DNA from: the human T2T-CHM13v2.0 reference genome, Homo sapiens
Assembly (NCBI RefSeq): GCF_009914755.1
Contig: NC_060934.1
DNA: 64,000 nt
Reading direction: 5' to 3' (one strand)
Position 1 is the stretch's first letter. Each line of letters opens with the position of its first letter. This document shows, one piece after another, positions 60,376-64,000 of the stretch. The notes under the pieces are model-generated. The model saw nothing but the letters and a program-made list of their open reading frames with translations, did not search any database and had not been told where the DNA came from. Made by a program: the position numbers and the translations under genes.

Positions 60376-60981
60376 AAAAGAAACCACAAGAAATATTTTT
60401 CAGTATCACCCACCAATTGGCACTGAAAGTAATTACCAAAGACTCATTCAGTTAACTAAATTCTGGTATATTTGCATTTTTAAGTTGTTTGATTAGCTCA
60501 TAAGCCTATTTTGTAAGCCCATGCAAAAAAAAAAACTCCTCTCCCCAAACTAAAAACATGGTTTTGTAAAGGCCACATATCCAACTTTTTACCTCCCCTA
60601 TATAATTTTTTGATATACTTGTTCTCTCCTAAGTACAATGCTTGGGGAAATAAGATCATAGATTACCAATCACTCAGAAATTCCAGACTTCCTATATAAT
60701 AATAAAAGCAAGTTTATTAAAAGGGTGAAAATGTATTTTGCATCTTGTTATTTGCAATGTTACTGAGAATAGCTCGGTTTCTGACTTTTTTCTTTAACCC
60801 CTGGAGGAAGAATATTTTTAAAATCTATATAGCAAGTTGAAATCCTCTCTAAAGTACTATATAAGTACTATATCATTACACAACAACAACAAGTATTGTT
60901 CTTAGTTACATTTTGAAAATCCAGACAAGTTATAATGCCCATTAACATATGTTCTTAATTTTTACTCAAATACTGATGACC

Positions 60982-61479
60982 GCTATAAAGACACATGCAC
61001 ACGTATGATTATTGCGGCACTATTCACAATAGCAAAGACTTGGAACCAACCCAAATGTCCAACAATGATAGACTGGATTAAGAAAATGTGGCACATATAC
61101 ACCATGGAATACTATGCAGCCATAAAAAATGATGAGTTCATGTCCTTTGTAGGGACATGGATGAAATTGGAAATCATCATTCTCAGTAAACTATCGCAAG
61201 GACAAAAAACCAAACACCGCATGTTCTCATTCATAGATGGGAATTGAACAATGAGAACACATGGACACAGGAAGGGGAACATCACACTCTGGGGACTGTT
61301 GTGGGGTGAGGGGAGGGGGGAGGGATAGCATTAGGAGATATACCTAATGCTAAATGACGAGTTAATGGGTGCAGCACACCAGCATGGCACATGTATACAT
61401 ATGTAACTAACTTGCACATTGTGCACATGTACCCTAAAACTTAAAGTATAATAATAATTAAGAAAAAAAAGAGAGAAAA
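60982..61479 (+). mobile_element. Young 5'-truncated L1 (L1PA3-like): ORF2 C-terminus, 3'UTR and A tail
   Basis: ORF 61005-61247 IAALFTIAKTWNQPKCPTMIDWIKKMWHIYTMEYY... is the L1 ORF2p end; 3'UTR GCATTAGGAGATATACCTAATGCTAAATGACGAGTTAATGG; TSD AAATACT(G/T)ATGACC at 60968-60981 and 61480-61493. Confidence 0.95.
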
Positions 61480-62354
61480 AAATACTTATGACCATCTGGC
61501 AATCCAGATTCAAGTAGAGTTTTAAGAAGATGAATTAATATTTTTGGAACATTTTGTAAATATACATTTTGTAAATATTTTTATATTTGTAAATATAAAA
61601 ATAGAACTAATGAATTGTATTAAATACTATTTAAAATAAAAACAAAATAATATAACAAAACAAAAGAAATAAAGCAGTGTTATATAAGTAATATGGAAAA
61701 GTTTTAAATCTTCATAAAGCTAAGAGGGAAGACATTCAAGAGGAACATGCCTTCAAATAGCTCCTTATATATTAGTCAAAATTATCTCTCAAGAAAGAAC
61801 AGTCTTCTGAACATTCATATTGAAGGAAAAGGAGCTTAAACCCTGGGAGGAAACCAATTTCTTCATAAAGCATCTCTTTCAGTTTGAGCAACCAGTGACG
61901 AAAAAGTATATTAACGTTCATTTAAAACCTCCTCTGTCTGGTTCTTAGTTGTTCAAAGAGTTGATTGACATAAGGAGAGATTTATGAAAAATGAAACAAA
62001 CTCTTCTCATGTGTTAATTAAAAGAGTTCAGAAACCTAAAATCTACAAAGCTTATTTTCCTCATATATCTCCTTAACTCTGAGAGGTTGTAATTTAAGAT
62101 CACATTAAAATAGAAACCATTTAGAAGAGGGATCATGCCTTCTTTATTCTGTATAAGACACAGTTAATTCTGGGTTCTCAGAAAATAAATGATGATAAAA
62201 CATCTCCTTTTACCAATTCACAAATAATTTCAAAGGACTCAGCCAAATCTGAAAACTCTCTGAGAGCGTAGATTTTTGCCTTCTACTTCTTTTATATCCC
62301 TTATAGCATCTCTAGAATTCTGCTGATAGAGTGAGTGCCCAATAAGGTGAGAAG

Positions 62355-62445
62355 ACAGAAGAGGGAAAGGAGCGTAGGAAGTAAAGGAAGAAAACAAAAG
62401 GAGGAGAGATGAGGAAAGGAAGGATGAGAGGAGGAAAAGGAAGAT
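62355..62445. repeat. GA-rich purine tract
   Basis: GAGGGAAAGGAG...GAGGAAAGGAAGGATGAGAGGAGGAAAAGGAAG. Confidence 0.7.
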
Positions 62446-62535
62446 AGAGCTGAATGAGTCACCTAGATCTTTTTAATTCCCCTCGTGGAACTCACTGAAA
62501 GTTTTACATCTGACATTCAACTGACATTCTTCTAA

Positions 62536-62923
<388 letters not shown>

Positions 62924-63089
62924 TGACATTTTCATATAATTGTCCATAGGTATTTCTGAGATTGCCTAGGACATATAATATGTCCACCAGAGTACCTACA
63001 AAGAGTATATTCGTTTTTTCCTTTTAAAACTTTAAAATTTACACTGATAGATATTTGCTGTTTGCTTCTGAATGATAAGCTCTTAATGT

Positions 63090-63320
63090 CATAATGATGA
63101 TGATATCACTTTATATTTGTATAGTACTTTTTTGTTTATAAAATCTCCATCTGTTTTCTCACTTGACCCTCATAACAACCCTGTGAAGCAAGTAAGGTAG
63201 CTGGTATTAACTGTATTTCATATGTGAAAAAGACCAGCTGAAGTTCAGAGGGAACTATCCAAGGTCACACTGCTATATTCGTTTATTCTTCTGATCCTGA
63301 GACATTTTGCTTTTCTCTAC
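63090..63320 (-). mobile_element. MIR SINE
   Basis: CTTTATATTTGTATAGTACTTT ... CCTCATAACAACCCTGTGAAG ... CCAAGGTCACAC. Confidence 0.75.
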
Positions 63321-64000
63321 TGATGAGTGTATGCTGCACTGCGTTGGACAACTTTATATGGAGCCCAACCTTTTCTTTTCACTGGAGTTTCCCATCCACT
63401 CTTATTTCTTCAGTTTTGTGGTTTGTCATTGTTTGTTTGTTGTTGTTGTTATTTTGTTTTGTTATTTAATGTAATGGCACAGGCAGATAAATTAAATTTT
63501 GTCTTTATGGCAACAATTTTATGGATTGACTCAGAAGCTACAGAATAGATTTGGAGAGTACCTATCATCCACAGCTTGCATGACTTCCAGTATTTAACAT
63601 TTCTCAACCAAAAAATTTAGGGTTTGACAATCAGTCTTTATTAAAAAAAAAAATCTAGAAGGTAGTACTTGAGAGTGGATGGCATCTGGCAAACTAGGAA
63701 GTAAAGACTTTAGGCAAATAGTCAATGAAATCGAGCAGACATTTTGAAAATAGAATGTAGTTATGTCAAACAGCATGTGCAATGAGAATTTTCCAGGCCG
63801 AGAAGGAAGTCAGAGATAACTGATACAACAAGCTAGTTCTACTTAAAAAAAAAAAAAAAAGTTCTTGGAGTTTATTTTCCCTTAATATTTAGCAAACTAT
63901 TTAGAACATTTAAAATCTAAAACGATTAAGGTCTTCTAGGAAAAATGGAAGCAGGCTAGTGAAGTCATTTTAGCATTTTTGAGGTTTCCTCCCAAGCATT

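Overview
This is AT-rich primate (most likely human or great ape) nuclear DNA that looks intronic or intergenic. It is dominated by interspersed repeats: about 23 Alu copies (mostly AluS), one young 5'-truncated L1PA3-like insertion with a target-site duplication (TSD), many old L1M/L2/MIR fragments, five ERVL/MaLR solo LTRs and a hAT-Charlie DNA transposon. It also holds a 33-nt tailless U2 snRNA retrocopy. I recognise no intact protein-coding gene and cannot name the host locus. Most entries in the ORF track are Alu-derived or chance ORFs, and the one recognisable protein is the L1 ORF2 C-terminus at 61005-61247. The most interesting unexplained signal is a cluster of five minus-strand exon-like segments at 19.4-25.0 kb. 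They have AG/GT boundaries and mostly open, roughly phase-compatible frames with a few stops and frameshifts, suggesting an unannotated decayed (unitary) gene. Other signals include a plus-strand recursive-splice-site-like motif at about 48.18 kb, several isolated exon-like segments, and small local duplications and palindromes. Repeat subfamily calls and the boundaries of old repeats were made by eye and are approximate.
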